From Nitrososphaeraceae archaeon (GTDB taxonomy: Archaea; Thermoproteota; Nitrososphaeria; Nitrososphaerales; Nitrososphaeraceae): DNA of 64,000 nt. The notes beneath the pieces are model-generated. The model was not told the origin of the DNA and searched no databases. It was given only the letters and a program-made list of their open reading frames with translations. Below, piece after piece: positions 20,681 to 31,299 of this stretch (its first letter is position 1; every line of letters starts with the position of its first letter). The DNA is taken from contig DATGZA010000063.1 of NCBI GenBank assembly GCA_035297365.1, forward strand, positions 1 through 64,000, read 5' to 3'. Both the position numbers and the translations under genes were made by a program.

Positions 20681-22264
20681 TTGTTATTTTATCAAAAAAC
20701 ATTGGTCGAACGCCTATCCACAGGTATAAGTGATCTTGATACACTCATTGAGGGTGGGATACCAAAAGGGTTTACGGTTTTATTAGCAGGTAATCCAGGT
20801 ACAGGTAAAACTATACTTGCATCTCACTTTCTTTATGAAGGCCTAACACTTAGGGAAAGTTCTGTATACGTTTCATTCAGTGAGTCTAAAACTCAATACT
20901 ACGATAATTTTGAGCGATTTGGAATGAATTTTATAGATTTTGAGAAAGATAATAAATTTGCATTCTTAGACTTTTCTGCTGTAACAAAGGAAGGTATAGC
21001 AGATGCACTAGAACAAATTATTGAAACTTGTAAAAGTATTGATTGTAAAAGATTAGTAATTGATTCCTTTTCTGTAATACAACTTGCTTTTGATAGTATT
21101 ATCGAGTCTAGAATTGCCTTGCAGGTTGTTTTAGGGAAGATGTTAAGAGCTGAAGGTGTAACAACTATACTGATAGTCGAGATTCCTTTTGGAAGCAAGA
21201 GCATAGGTTCAGGAATGGAGGAATTTGTGGCTGATGGTATTATACAAGTTGAACATGGTTTTACGGAGGCAGTTCCGCTTATTCTGAGGGTAATTAAAAT
21301 GAGGTCTACTTCGATAATTAGGGAACCTCATGTCTCTTTTATTAAAGAAAAAGGTATGGTAGTATATCCAAAACAACCACTAAAGATTAATCTCCCAGTT
21401 TCAACCGATAGGATTAGAACTGGGATTTCAGGTTTAGATGAAAGAACTCAGGGAGGACTTTTCAAGTATTCTACAACAGCATTGGTTGGTGCATCAGGTA
21501 CAGGTAAAACTACTTTTGGATTTCAGTTTGTTGCGGAGGGGGTTCTTGATGGTCAGATTGGCTTATTCTGTTCTCTTGAAGAATCGCCTGATGACATTAG
21601 AACTGGTGGTCAATCCATTGGTTACGATGTGAAGAACCTTGAGAAAAAAGGACTTCATATACTATCTTGGGTCCCAGAAAATCAGAGTCAGGATGCATTT
21701 ATTTCAGAATTAGCATCTAATATAGATACCATAAAACCATCACGTATAGTGGTAGATGGATTGTCGGCATTCAAATATTCATCTAATCAAGAAATCTATT
21801 TAATCGCAAAAAGGCTATGTAATCTATTTCGGAGTAAAGAAATCACTTCTGTAATAACCATTCTACAACCCCAGCAGCCAGGTATTAATGTAACTTCACT
21901 TGGTTTATCGTCTATTTTTCACAATATCATTGTTCTCCGATATTTCGAGGTAGAATCACAAATAAAGCGCTCGTTATTGATACTGAAAATGAGATCTTCC
22001 AATCACGACCAGTCAATCATAGAATTTTTGATTGTCAGTGATCGAGGAATGAAAATAATAGGTCCAATGAAAAAATATATAGGTATTATGAGTGGTATTG
22101 CTCAGAAAACCTATCAACGATCTACTGATAGGGAACAAAAGATAAAATTTAATGAGAATATGGAGAGGCGAAAAAGAAAGCAAAAACTTCCAATACATCT
22201 GAAAGAAATAGGCAAGAAAGAAAAAAATATGAAAAATAAACGTAGGAAAACAATTTACAAATGA
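20681..22264 (+). CDS. Double-domain KaiC/RAD55-family ATPase
   Basis: Walker A motifs GNPGTGKT and GASGTGKT, Walker B motifs LVIDS and IVVDG, KMR fingers in both halves. Confidence 0.92.
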   Translation: MLFYQKTLVERLSTGISDLDTLIEGGIPKGFTVLLAGNPGTGKTILASHFLYEGLTLRESSVYVSFSESKTQYYDNFERFGMNFIDFEKDNKFAFLDFSAVTKEGIADALEQIIETCKSIDCKRLVIDSFSVIQLAFDSIIESRIALQVVLGKMLRAEGVTTILIVEIPFGSKSIGSGMEEFVADGIIQVEHGFTEAVPLILRVIKMRSTSIIREPHVSFIKEKGMVVYPKQPLKINLPVSTDRIRTGISGLDERTQGGLFKYSTTALVGASGTGKTTFGFQFVAEGVLDGQIGLFCSLEESPDDIRTGGQSIGYDVKNLEKKGLHILSWVPENQSQDAFISELASNIDTIKPSRIVVDGLSAFKYSSNQEIYLIAKRLCNLFRSKEITSVITILQPQQPGINVTSLGLSSIFHNIIVLRYFEVESQIKRSLLILKMRSSNHDQSIIEFLIVSDRGMKIIGPMKKYIGIMSGIAQKTYQRSTDREQKIKFNENMERRKRKQKLPIHLKEIGKKEKNMKNKRRKTIYK

Positions 22265-22356
22265 TAATATTAACAAGAACAAGAAATAAAGTTTCAATAT
22301 TCTCAATAACTTCGACTGCTAATGAATCTAACTTAAATAATAGTGATTTATGACTC

Positions 22357-22695
22357 ATGTCTAAAAATATTTCCTTTGAAGAAGTTTATGCAGAATCTGT
22401 AGATAATGCGATAAAAATATTGGGGGATATTGTTTCAAAAATCGTAACTGATTATTTAACACATAAATACTCTATTGATATTACCAAAACAGCTAATAAA
22501 CCGCATATACTTGACGAAGCATTAAACCATGTAATAGATGGTGGCAAATTAATTATTGAAAGAAGGATAATAAACATTCTTTATAAAAAAATAGGATTGT
22601 TAGAGAATCTTTCAAGTACAGATATTGTCTCATTCGAAGAACGTATAAATGAAGCTCGAGAGAGATATAACAAACTTCTAAAGAGAAACTTATAA
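22357..22695 (+). CDS. Small KaiC-associated-type hypothetical protein (DUF3227-like)
   Basis: 112-aa ORF directly after the KaiC-like gene; VDNAIKILG...L..V...GK.IIERRI...LYKKIG pattern. Confidence 0.6.
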   Translation: MSKNISFEEVYAESVDNAIKILGDIVSKIVTDYLTHKYSIDITKTANKPHILDEALNHVIDGGKLIIERRIINILYKKIGLLENLSSTDIVSFEERINEARERYNKLLKRNL

Positions 22696-22777
22696 TTTTT
22701 GGTTAGTTACATTTATCTTATTTATACATACTAACTGTTGTCCAAATTAGAGAAATTATCATTTTTTACTCAATTGG

Positions 22778-24172
22778 TTAGACCAATGGCAATAAAAAGC
22801 CAAATTCTGCCCCTTGGCCTATATCTTTAGGTTTATTCCTACCCCATATTTTGCCACCATGTTCTTCAATAATCTTCTTTGATATGTATAAACCAAGTCC
22901 AGTTCCACCCTCATATTTGGAAGTACTAGTAAATTTTGTAAATAGTTTTGGCAATATTTCAGGATCGATTCCCTTACCATTATCCTGTATAGTTACTGAT
23001 ATTTTGTCGTCATTATCAGATTCTTGTTTTCTTATTTTGATATTAATGTTACCATTTTCTGTAAATCTATTTGAATTATTTAATAAATTATATAAAACTT
23101 GTTGTATTCTATCTCTATCAGCATTTACAAATAATTGTTTTCCTTTTTTTTCTATTTTATTGTTATCATTTATTTTGTCCTTGTAATGGATGTGGTGATC
23201 ATAATCATTGTAAGATAGTAATAATTTAAAATCGTTATTATTATTTTTGGACTCATTGATGAAATCTGTCAGTGTTTCATTTACTAATTGAATAATATCA
23301 AAATTTCTCTTGTCTAAATTTAGATTATCACTTTCTATTTTGGCAATATAAAAAAGGTCTTCTGTCAATCTGTAAAGTCTGTTTAAATTTCTATCTAATG
23401 GTTCAAGATATTTTGGAAGGTTATGTGGAAAATTCTTTATCATTTCAATATATCCTAAAATTGACTGAGTAGGGGTTCTAAGTTCGTGAGCTGCCATGTT
23501 GAAGAACTCTATTTGTTTATTCTTTTGTATTTCAATCTCTTTATTGGCTGATTGAAGATTCTTATTTGTTTTAGCAAGAGCCTCGAATGATATGCGCAAG
23601 TCAGAATAGAGATCAATTAATTCTTCATTTTTTCTTTCTAGTTGCAAATTCTTTTCTTGTATGTGTTGATGTAAATCTGTTTGATGCCAGAGTAAATTAA
23701 ATATGTAATGATAAGAAGAAACGATATAGCTTCTAGTAGTAAGGATTGCAGAATCAATATTTTGAGAAAAGTTATTACTAATATTATCTTTTAATATGAC
23801 TATGAATACTAAACTTCTATCAACCACAAAGAATGAGGCAGCAGAAGAAGTTGGAATTCCTTCTATTACTTTAACTTCTATACTCTTGTTATATTTATTG
23901 TCTATTTCTGGATTAATTGATTTATTAGACTCAGTTTTTTGGATTAACACTTGAACTCTAATGCTCTTTTTAAGAGATCTTAATATTTCGAATATTCCGC
24001 TTCTCTTATAAGAAATTGTATTACTATTGTGATAGATCCAATGTATTTCACCGGCAGCTGACTTCAGAATTTCTATGTGTTTTTTCAAAACAACATTAGA
24101 ATCATGTATGACTTTTAGATCTTCAACTCCTAGATGATCTGATCCACCATCATACATTGATATCTCATACAA
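22778..24172 (-). CDS. Cytoplasmic sensor histidine kinase
   Basis: H-box AAHELRTP, N-box NLLNNSNRFT, G1 DNGKGI and G2 GTGLGL. Confidence 0.93.
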   Translation of the reverse strand: MYEISMYDGGSDHLGVEDLKVIHDSNVVLKKHIEILKSAAGEIHWIYHNSNTISYKRSGIFEILRSLKKSIRVQVLIQKTESNKSINPEIDNKYNKSIEVKVIEGIPTSSAASFFVVDRSLVFIVILKDNISNNFSQNIDSAILTTRSYIVSSYHYIFNLLWHQTDLHQHIQEKNLQLERKNEELIDLYSDLRISFEALAKTNKNLQSANKEIEIQKNKQIEFFNMAAHELRTPTQSILGYIEMIKNFPHNLPKYLEPLDRNLNRLYRLTEDLFYIAKIESDNLNLDKRNFDIIQLVNETLTDFINESKNNNNDFKLLLSYNDYDHHIHYKDKINDNNKIEKKGKQLFVNADRDRIQQVLYNLLNNSNRFTENGNINIKIRKQESDNDDKISVTIQDNGKGIDPEILPKLFTKFTSTSKYEGGTGLGLYISKKIIEEHGGKIWGRNKPKDIGQGAEFGFLLPLV

Positions 24173-24412
24173 TCAATATCGAACCTGAATATATATAGTA
24201 TTTCCTAAGATTTTTGTATCTGAATTTATGGATTATTTTATTATTCATCCTTAAACTTGGATCCAGTGTTGATATATTTTATCAGGTGAATGAGTATAAC
24301 TTTCTATAAGAATAAGATCATTCAAACATTCATTTATTCATCCTTTGGTTATGATCATATAGTTATAATATGTATTAGCCCACCAAAGCATATTTTTATT
24401 TTTTACTTTGTA

Positions 24413-24871
24413 TTATCCTTTATTTTTCATATTTTTATTCATATGTTTTTCATTCCAATGGTTTATAAAATATTCAATTAAAGGTTCAAAATCACTTCTT
24501 GTTACATCTTCTTTTATATTTTTATTCTTTGAAATACTTGAAAATTTACGTGCGTACTGTATACACGTCCAGCATCCAACAAGCGGAATTAAAAATGCTA
24601 AATAATATCCAGTATATCTTCCTGAAAATTTCCACGCTTCACCTACAACACAATACTTTGAATCCCGCTCCATCATGAATTTATCCACTCTATCCAATCC
24701 TAAAGATAGTTTTTTAGACCAAATTGGGCATAATTCATTAAATGTAATGTTTTTAGTCACCGTGTCTTTTGATGACTCCAAATGCTTATTCTCTTCAAAA
24801 TCAGCATTATTCTTATCATTACTGCTACATTGAGGAAAATGAATATTAGATGTACTAACCCTGATCATCAT
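24413..24871 (-). CDS. Cys/His-containing hypothetical protein
   Basis: ELCPIW, YCVVGEAW, CWTC and HWNEKH suggest a metal-binding family. Confidence 0.7.
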   Translation of the reverse strand: MMIRVSTSNIHFPQCSSNDKNNADFEENKHLESSKDTVTKNITFNELCPIWSKKLSLGLDRVDKFMMERDSKYCVVGEAWKFSGRYTGYYLAFLIPLVGCWTCIQYARKFSSISKNKNIKEDVTRSDFEPLIEYFINHWNEKHMNKNMKNKG

Positions 24872-25167
24872 AGTGTATATACGAAAACATACATATAATG
24901 ATTTATTATACCGACAGTTTAGCTTTTCTTTCTTGTTCTTCTTATTAGTTCTTAAGCATTACTAGATGTGTACAAACAAACAAAAACTAAATCAATTAAC
25001 TATTACATAGTAATAACAGAATTAAAGACACTGTAATACACAAAAAAAGGAAATGAAGTAATAATGATTTCTAAATCACGTTAAACAGACAGACTAATAC
25101 GAATGAGTTTAATAGACAAAATGAGAAAATAAAACTTCTTTTTATTTATTATATATGATTAAATATA

Positions 25168-25240
25168 AAAATAATTTTAAATATTATCTTCTTAATTACT
25201 AAAACATTCTACTGTTATTTTGCATCGCTATGGGCATAAA
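25168..25240 (+). repeat. Dispersed repeat copy 8 (degenerate)
   Basis: aaataattttaaatattat...cta aaacat tctactgttattttgcatcgctatgggcat; one gap relative to copy 3. Confidence 0.55.
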
Positions 25241-25822
25241 TCCATACTTGTATTGAGTCTGTATACTAAATGAATTAAAGTCTAATAGAGTATATGTGTA
25301 AATATGGTAAAATCGTATTCCTGGAATTACGAAATTGGGTCAAAGGCGTTACAGTATCTCTAACTATAACATAACAATAAAATGCCTACTTCATTTGACC
25401 AATAACGTTCTTAATTCTTCTTATTAAATAAAAGGAAAGCAAAATATTTTGCAATCTACAAACCTGTACTTTCTTATTGTTTATTATCTCGCTTCGAATT
25501 TTAATAATGGGCTTTTAAATACTGTTAAATGATATCCTTTATTATTAGAGCATATATAGTAATTAAATATAATAAAAGGCAAAGAGTGACTGCAAAAAGG
25601 TCTAAAAAAATACCTATAAATTTTCACATCATCATTTTTATTTTCTAAAAAATATAATAAAAAAATAATTCAAATGCTATTAGCTAAATTCAGATAGTAG
25701 GATTATACTGCATGGAGGATTCCGCTCCTGGCGGACCAGCATTTATCAGTGTTGATACGGGTTATTGGACAATATATATTAATAATAATTAGTTACTTCA
25801 ATAGATTAGAAAATCAGAATTT

Positions 25823-25852
25823 CTAATCTCAAATGATCTAATCTCAAATGAT
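25823..25852 (+). repeat. Perfect 2 x 15-bp tandem repeat
   Basis: ctaatctcaaatgat twice. Confidence 0.9.
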
Positions 25853-26059
25853 TCAAGTTATCAGATGTTTGGAATTTTTAATCAAGAAAAAATCTTTTCA
25901 CAAGTTAATTTTATTGATGATATAGTAAAATTTTTAGGGACATGAAGAAAAAGGAAACAGAAATTGTCTTAATTAATAGGACCGAATTTAGTATTGAAGT
26001 TCACATAATTACAGATAGAAATTTTAAAATAATACATCAAGTTTTCACTAGTTTTTGGA

Positions 26060-26869
26060 TTGATACCGTGGTTTTTTGATCTAAATCCTATTACACAAGC
26101 ATTACTTGCTACTTTTTTTACATGGTTTGTTACAGCCGTTGGAGCATCTTTAGTATTCTTGCTCAAAGATATGAATAGAAAAATTTTTGATGGGATGTTA
26201 GGATTTGCTGCAGGAGTTATGCTTGCTGCTAGCTATTGGTCTCTTCTTTCTCCAGCATTAGAACTTTCAAGGCAAGATCTGATGCCATGGTTACCAGTTG
26301 CAATTGGTTTTCTATTGGGAGGTATATTTATTAGAATAATCGATAAAATCTTACCGCACCTTCATCCAAATCTGCCTCCTGTAGCCTTAGAAGGCCCTAA
26401 AACAAAGTTAAAGAAAAGTAATCTTCTAGTCCTTGCTATTACTATACACAATATTCCTGAGGGATTAGCTATTGGTGTTGCATTTGGTGCTGCGTCATTG
26501 GGTTTACCGGAGGCAACTCTAGGGGCTGCAATTTCTCTTGCCATTGGTATAGGTTTACAAAACTTTCCTGAAGGCCTTGCTGTTGCTATGCCACTAAAAC
26601 AAGAAGGATATTCGACCAGAAAAAGTTTTTTTTATGGCCAATTATCAGCTTCAGTTGAACCAGTTGCAGGTGTTTTAGGGGCACTCTTTGTTTTTATAGC
26701 TCAGCCACTTTTACCTTATGCCTTGAGTTTTGCGGCAGGTGCTATGATATTCGTTGTTGCCGAAGAAGTAATTCCAGAATCCCATAGACGTGGTAATATA
26801 GACTTAGCAACCTTTTTTCTGTTATTTGGATTTGTATTGATGATGATCCTTGATGTATCTTTAACTTGA
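26060..26869 (+). CDS. ZIP-family metal transporter (GufA/ZupT type)
   Basis: GFAAGVMLAAS, HNIPEGLAIG, QNFPEG and EEVIPE. Confidence 0.93.
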   Translation: MIPWFFDLNPITQALLATFFTWFVTAVGASLVFLLKDMNRKIFDGMLGFAAGVMLAASYWSLLSPALELSRQDLMPWLPVAIGFLLGGIFIRIIDKILPHLHPNLPPVALEGPKTKLKKSNLLVLAITIHNIPEGLAIGVAFGAASLGLPEATLGAAISLAIGIGLQNFPEGLAVAMPLKQEGYSTRKSFFYGQLSASVEPVAGVLGALFVFIAQPLLPYALSFAAGAMIFVVAEEVIPESHRRGNIDLATFFLLFGFVLMMILDVSLT

Positions 26870-27284
26870 TTGTTAGATCCAGAAAGATTATCATCGTTTG
26901 CTAATCGATTCTTTCAGATACTTCGCCCCATATATTATCTAATATTCACTTTAAGATCAGGGTTTTTCTTTTATTCTTTTAAAGTTTTGATAATTTAATA
27001 ATATTTTATAAACTCTAGTATTTTTTCTGTATCCAGTGTTTAATGATTTTGTCATTTAGAAATAATTTTTTTAATTGTCTATTTATTTACGTATTTTGGA
27101 TACTAATTCTAAGCTTATACTGGTGTTATTTTCTTTTAAAATTTGATATTATTTTGATGATAGTGTAACTCTATTGAAGGTATAACAGTCATGGGCTTTA
27201 GTCATTTGTTGAATATTTTTCTTATAAAGTGCTTTCATATCAATGTATGTTTTTCTGATTTTAAAGTCTCCATAGATCCTACAA

Positions 27285-27670
27285 AATAGGAGATACCAAG
27301 ACCCTAAAACAAGAAGAAAAAGAGTACTATTCAGACAAGAGGAAAAGACATTCTGTATGTAAAGACACAACTGATCGTCAACAAAGAAGATATAATTTAG
27401 TATAAATCAAATCACAACAAGAAGACAGGAAGACGACATTCCTACACTTTTTACAACAATGAATATCCAATTATATTATCTAATGTAGAAACCATTTCGA
27501 TCTTTGGTAAAAGGAATAGAAAAGAATTTTCGCAAATTGAAATTTGTCGTGACTACAAGAAGAAAAGTGATATTGAATGAAAAGGATAAATAGTTTAGCT
27601 ACAAACAGTGGAAAGAAGAGTAATGACAATAGAATATACGTCATTTGACGAATAAAGAATTTCTGTATAA
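27285..27670 (+). mobile_element. Decayed IS5-family (ISL2/DDE_Tnp_4-like) transposase remnant
   Basis: Fragments IPRP / EYYSDKRKRHSV / KTQLIVN / GRRH resemble the PRP...YSGKKKRHTVKTQ motif; many stops and indels, no ends found. Confidence 0.6.
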
Positions 27671-28100
27671 TGGCTACACAATACAGTAACAGGTAAAAAG
27701 CACATTATGCGATATCATATATTGTATCCGGTTTTTCATTTTACGTAATAATGAATTGTGTCTCAGCATAAAGCTATATCACATCATCTATAAAAATTAA
27801 TAGTGATCTATTTTAATTAGTTGAGAGGTTTTATCTGTTACAATGAGTTTGCCAGATCTTCTTTTTGGAAACCATATAATCTAGCTTAATACGCTAGGAC
27901 ATATTTCTATTTATCTTAACAATCTTATTTAAAGCATAATAATTCTTTTCAATTTAATTCTCGAAAAATAATTTAAAAATTCAAGTGTTTTGTTATGGAA
28001 TCTAAAAATATATGAAATTTAGAAATTAAAATCCTAAAAAAATTAGTTTATAAAGATTTCCAACCAAAACCTATATACCTTTAAAGCTTAAAAATAAAAA

Positions 28101-28925
28101 ATGAGTGAATCATTAGAAAATGATACTGTTAAAGGAAGTGAATCTGATTCATTTGAACTTAGTTCTCCTGATTTAGCAGTTATTTTATGTACAAAAAATT
28201 CAGGTAGTACAATTGAGAATGTCTTGATAAATGTAAAAAGTAGCTCATTTAAGCCAGATATTATAATAGTTGATGGTTTTTCTACAGACAATACAATAGA
28301 AATTGCAAATAATGTTGGTGGCGTTAAGATAATACAACAAGCCTTGAAAAAATTTCCGGGTAAAGGATTAGCTATGAAGGCTGGCTTGATTGAGGCAATA
28401 AATGGTAATATTAATCCTAACAATCCAGGAAAAACCTATAAAGCTATTCTTTTTTTAGACTCCGATATAAAAAATATTAGTCCTGAGTGGGTTGATGATT
28501 TGGCAAAACCGGTATTGGAAGGAGGGTTTGATATGACCAGAGGCTTCTATCAACGACTCCCTCGTGACGCTGCTGTAACTAAACTTATTGCAAAACCTAT
28601 GCTACGAATTTTCTTTCCTGAACTATCTCATATTGAACAACCATTAAGCGGAGAGGTATGTTCCAACCTTGCGGTATGGAAGAAAATGCTGGATTGTAAT
28701 CCTCCTGATGGATGGGGAATAGATGTTTGGCTCTTAATTGAGGCAGCCGTTTCAGGGTATAAAATTAAAGAAGTCTATCTTGGAAATAAAAATCATTCTT
28801 CGTTTGATGAATATAAAGATGATGTTTCTGTACTCAGTAAAATGGCAGAACAGGTATCATTTGCTATTATAAAAGAGGCTATAAAACACGAAAGATTTGA
28901 AACCTATAAAGAGATAGATACATAA
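28101..28925 (+). CDS. GT-A glycosyltransferase, glucosyl/mannosyl-3-phosphoglycerate synthase-like
   Basis: VDGFSTD, GKGLAM, FLDSD, VTKLIAKP, QPLSGE and GWGID. Confidence 0.82.
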   Translation: MSESLENDTVKGSESDSFELSSPDLAVILCTKNSGSTIENVLINVKSSSFKPDIIIVDGFSTDNTIEIANNVGGVKIIQQALKKFPGKGLAMKAGLIEAINGNINPNNPGKTYKAILFLDSDIKNISPEWVDDLAKPVLEGGFDMTRGFYQRLPRDAAVTKLIAKPMLRIFFPELSHIEQPLSGEVCSNLAVWKKMLDCNPPDGWGIDVWLLIEAAVSGYKIKEVYLGNKNHSSFDEYKDDVSVLSKMAEQVSFAIIKEAIKHERFETYKEIDT

Positions 28926-29786
28926 TTTAAAAAATCAATAGATTTTTTCGTAAATTGATTAATTAAAAATTATAAAAGTATAGAAAAAAAATATTCTCTT
29001 AAAAATGTAATACCTAAAGATTTAGGAACAGTTTTAGCGAGAATATTTGTTAACATATAAAATATATCTTTGTCTGTTATTGAATCTGAATTCTATCTCT
29101 TTTGATATAGATGAAAATATTGTTTAGGAACTCCTCAATAACGATACAACGATGTATTGGCATAAATTCAGAATCCTTCAATTCCAGTAAATAAGTATTT
29201 TCTTACCTATTCCTCTCTTCAATGGGCCACTACTTGATGTTGTGCAATTTTTGTGCTCGATTGAACCCACATTCGCGTTTAAATCCTGTTTTATGAGGAA
29301 CGAATAATCCTTCATCAATTTCAATTTGACACGATAGTTTTAGATTTCGCATCTCTTCAAATAGAGTATCATGATTGGTTGTCTAAATATTTTTAATGTT
29401 CTTTCTATTGTTTTTATAATGATATGTACTTAAAATCGTGTTCTGTATGCAGGGATACTTAATGTATAGATGTAAACAAGATGATGTATTATATCTTGGG
29501 AATCGTTAAATTCTCCAATATAAGTTCAAGTAAAATCACGCAATTTGTATGTCAACATTTACATATATATCGTTCATACTCTTAAAATAATATAATGATC
29601 GATAGGGCCATCTTATACATGTTCTTCCTTTCTATCTTGCATGACAAAAATATACCCTACTTTTGTCACATTTCCAATGAGTTTTATAGAACTAATCTCA
29701 TGCATGAATCAGACATGATATTATAAATTTTGTAGTTTCTGTTCCAAATTATAGGCTATTATCTTCAAGAATAATAAGCCCATCTA

Positions 29787-30245
29787 CTATGAAATCGAGA
29801 GATGTAAGATTACCAAAATTACAAGTAAAATTGTGAGAATAATATGCGTATGTATTATTCTATTTAACTGGTTAAGAATTCTTAATTTTGCAAATCTCAT
29901 CAAAATACCACTAATAGTAAGTGTAGTTATGACAATGATTAACGATATAGAAATAAAATCTATTCCCCTAATTAACAATACTCCATGAAATATGCCTGTA
30001 AAAAATCCAATTAGATTCAAAATAATATGGAAATTAATTATTGGTCTATGTTCTAGAGAAAGATTTCGCGTTAGACTGTCAGCTCCACCTAATTTTTTAA
30101 CTGATAATCTCTTTACGCGTACGTATAAAATGAATGGAATATTAGCAATTAATCCACAACTAATAGAAAGCCATCCTAATAATTCTGCATTGTCATGTAA
30201 ACTTCTATTATGATTATCACCATGAGCATACTGAATCAATAACAA
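29787..30245 (-). CDS. Membrane protein with four intramembrane His residues (cytochrome b-like)
   Basis: INFHIIL, GIFHGVL, IIHTHII and VILHLS in hydrophobic helices; the frame stays open upstream to a TAG that follows an in-frame ATG at 30314. Confidence 0.6.
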   Translation of the reverse strand: MLLIQYAHGDNHNRSLHDNAELLGWLSISCGLIANIPFILYVRVKRLSVKKLGGADSLTRNLSLEHRPIINFHIILNLIGFFTGIFHGVLLIRGIDFISISLIIVITTLTISGILMRFAKLRILNQLNRIIHTHIILTILLVILVILHLSIS

Positions 30246-30319
30246 TAATGAAATTGATATTGGTACTAATATGTAATTTCTAAAAAAATTTTTTTTATCA
30301 ATTGACTAAACCATTATTA

Positions 30320-30691
30320 TTATTTTTTTGGTTTGGAATGATTGGATTTTCTTCTGATTATCAAAATTTTGTATAATGCATATGAACTTACGGCAACAAT
30401 AACAATTATTGTTACAAGTATGATCAAACCGGCAAAGTCATTATTAAAAATTTGAGAATCGTTCTCAGCATGTATTCTAGCACGTTCTCTTTCTTGTACT
30501 CCAAACCCCTTCTTATCATCAACTTTTGAGTCATTATCAGCATGTATTCTAGCACGTTCTCTTTCTTGTACTCCAAACCCCTTCTTATCATCTTGTGAAA
30601 ATATTGTAATATTGAAAAACTGAATATTAAAAAATAATATTATTGTGAAGGAAAAAATAAATAAAACAAATTTGGAAATAAGAAATTTCAT
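30320..30691 (-). CDS. Small membrane-anchored protein with an internal repeat
   Basis: N- and C-terminal hydrophobic segments flanking DDKKGFGVQERERARIHA twice. Confidence 0.7.
   Translation of the reverse strand: MKFLISKFVLFIFSFTIILFFNIQFFNITIFSQDDKKGFGVQERERARIHADNDSKVDDKKGFGVQERERARIHAENDSQIFNNDFAGLIILVTIIVIVAVSSYALYKILIIRRKSNHSKPKK
30465..30592. repeat. Two identical 56-bp blocks, 72-bp period
   Basis: tcagcatgtattctagcacgttctctttcttgtactccaaaccccttcttatcatc at 30465 and 30537. Confidence 0.95.
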
Positions 30692-31141
30692 CCATTTACT
30701 GAAAACTAACGATTATATTTAAACATTCAAATTATACGTATCTTATTAAAAGTAATTCCAAGTCAAATACAAAAACCTCATCATTTGACAGCCTATTCAA
30801 CAGTTACAGGTTTCAGAAATAAAATATGTATGTATCTTAGAAGAAAAAACTTTAATCTAGATATAAGAAACTATCTGTTAGGACATTTCAGCTAACATAT
30901 GATTCGTGGTATGATAGATTAAAATATGTCTAAAAAGTTATCAAAAATAATATCAAATTTCAATTTGAGTTATATTATTTTAAATTTAAATACAACTAGA
31001 GGAACTTAATTATACTTAAAACCCGTCTATATTTTCATATTTCACTTGTTAGTAATACTTGAAAAATATCCACTTTGGTTAAAAGAAAAAACGGCTTTAA
31101 TTATTTAGGATTACTATGAACATGTTGTTAATTTTGCGATA

Positions 31142-31216
31142 TGCGAGATGCGGGATTTGAACCCGCGACCCCGAGCTTGGGAAGCTCGTACCCTAACCGT
31201 CCTAGGCTAACCTCGC
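31142..31216 (-). tRNA. tRNA-Gly(CCC)
   Basis: Acceptor stem GCGAGGT/ATCTCGC, anticodon arm CGAGC-TTCCCAA-GCTCG, GGTTCAAATCC T-arm; CCA not encoded. Confidence 0.97.
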
Positions 31217-31299
31217 AATATTGAAAAAAATACAATTCAGATATATATTCTTAATAGTTATTTTCAATTTGTTTCTATTTTTGAATGCTCTAAAATACG

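Noticed and set aside
311-25240. Repeat family read as a CRISPR array
   Set aside because: Copies are kilobases apart and degenerate, with no regular spacers and no cas genes
27149-27370. 73-aa minus-strand ORF
   Set aside because: Partly antisense to the IS5 remnant and has no motif
29050-29700. Possible decayed oxidoreductase remnant
   Set aside because: Only vague similarity with many stops; not supportable
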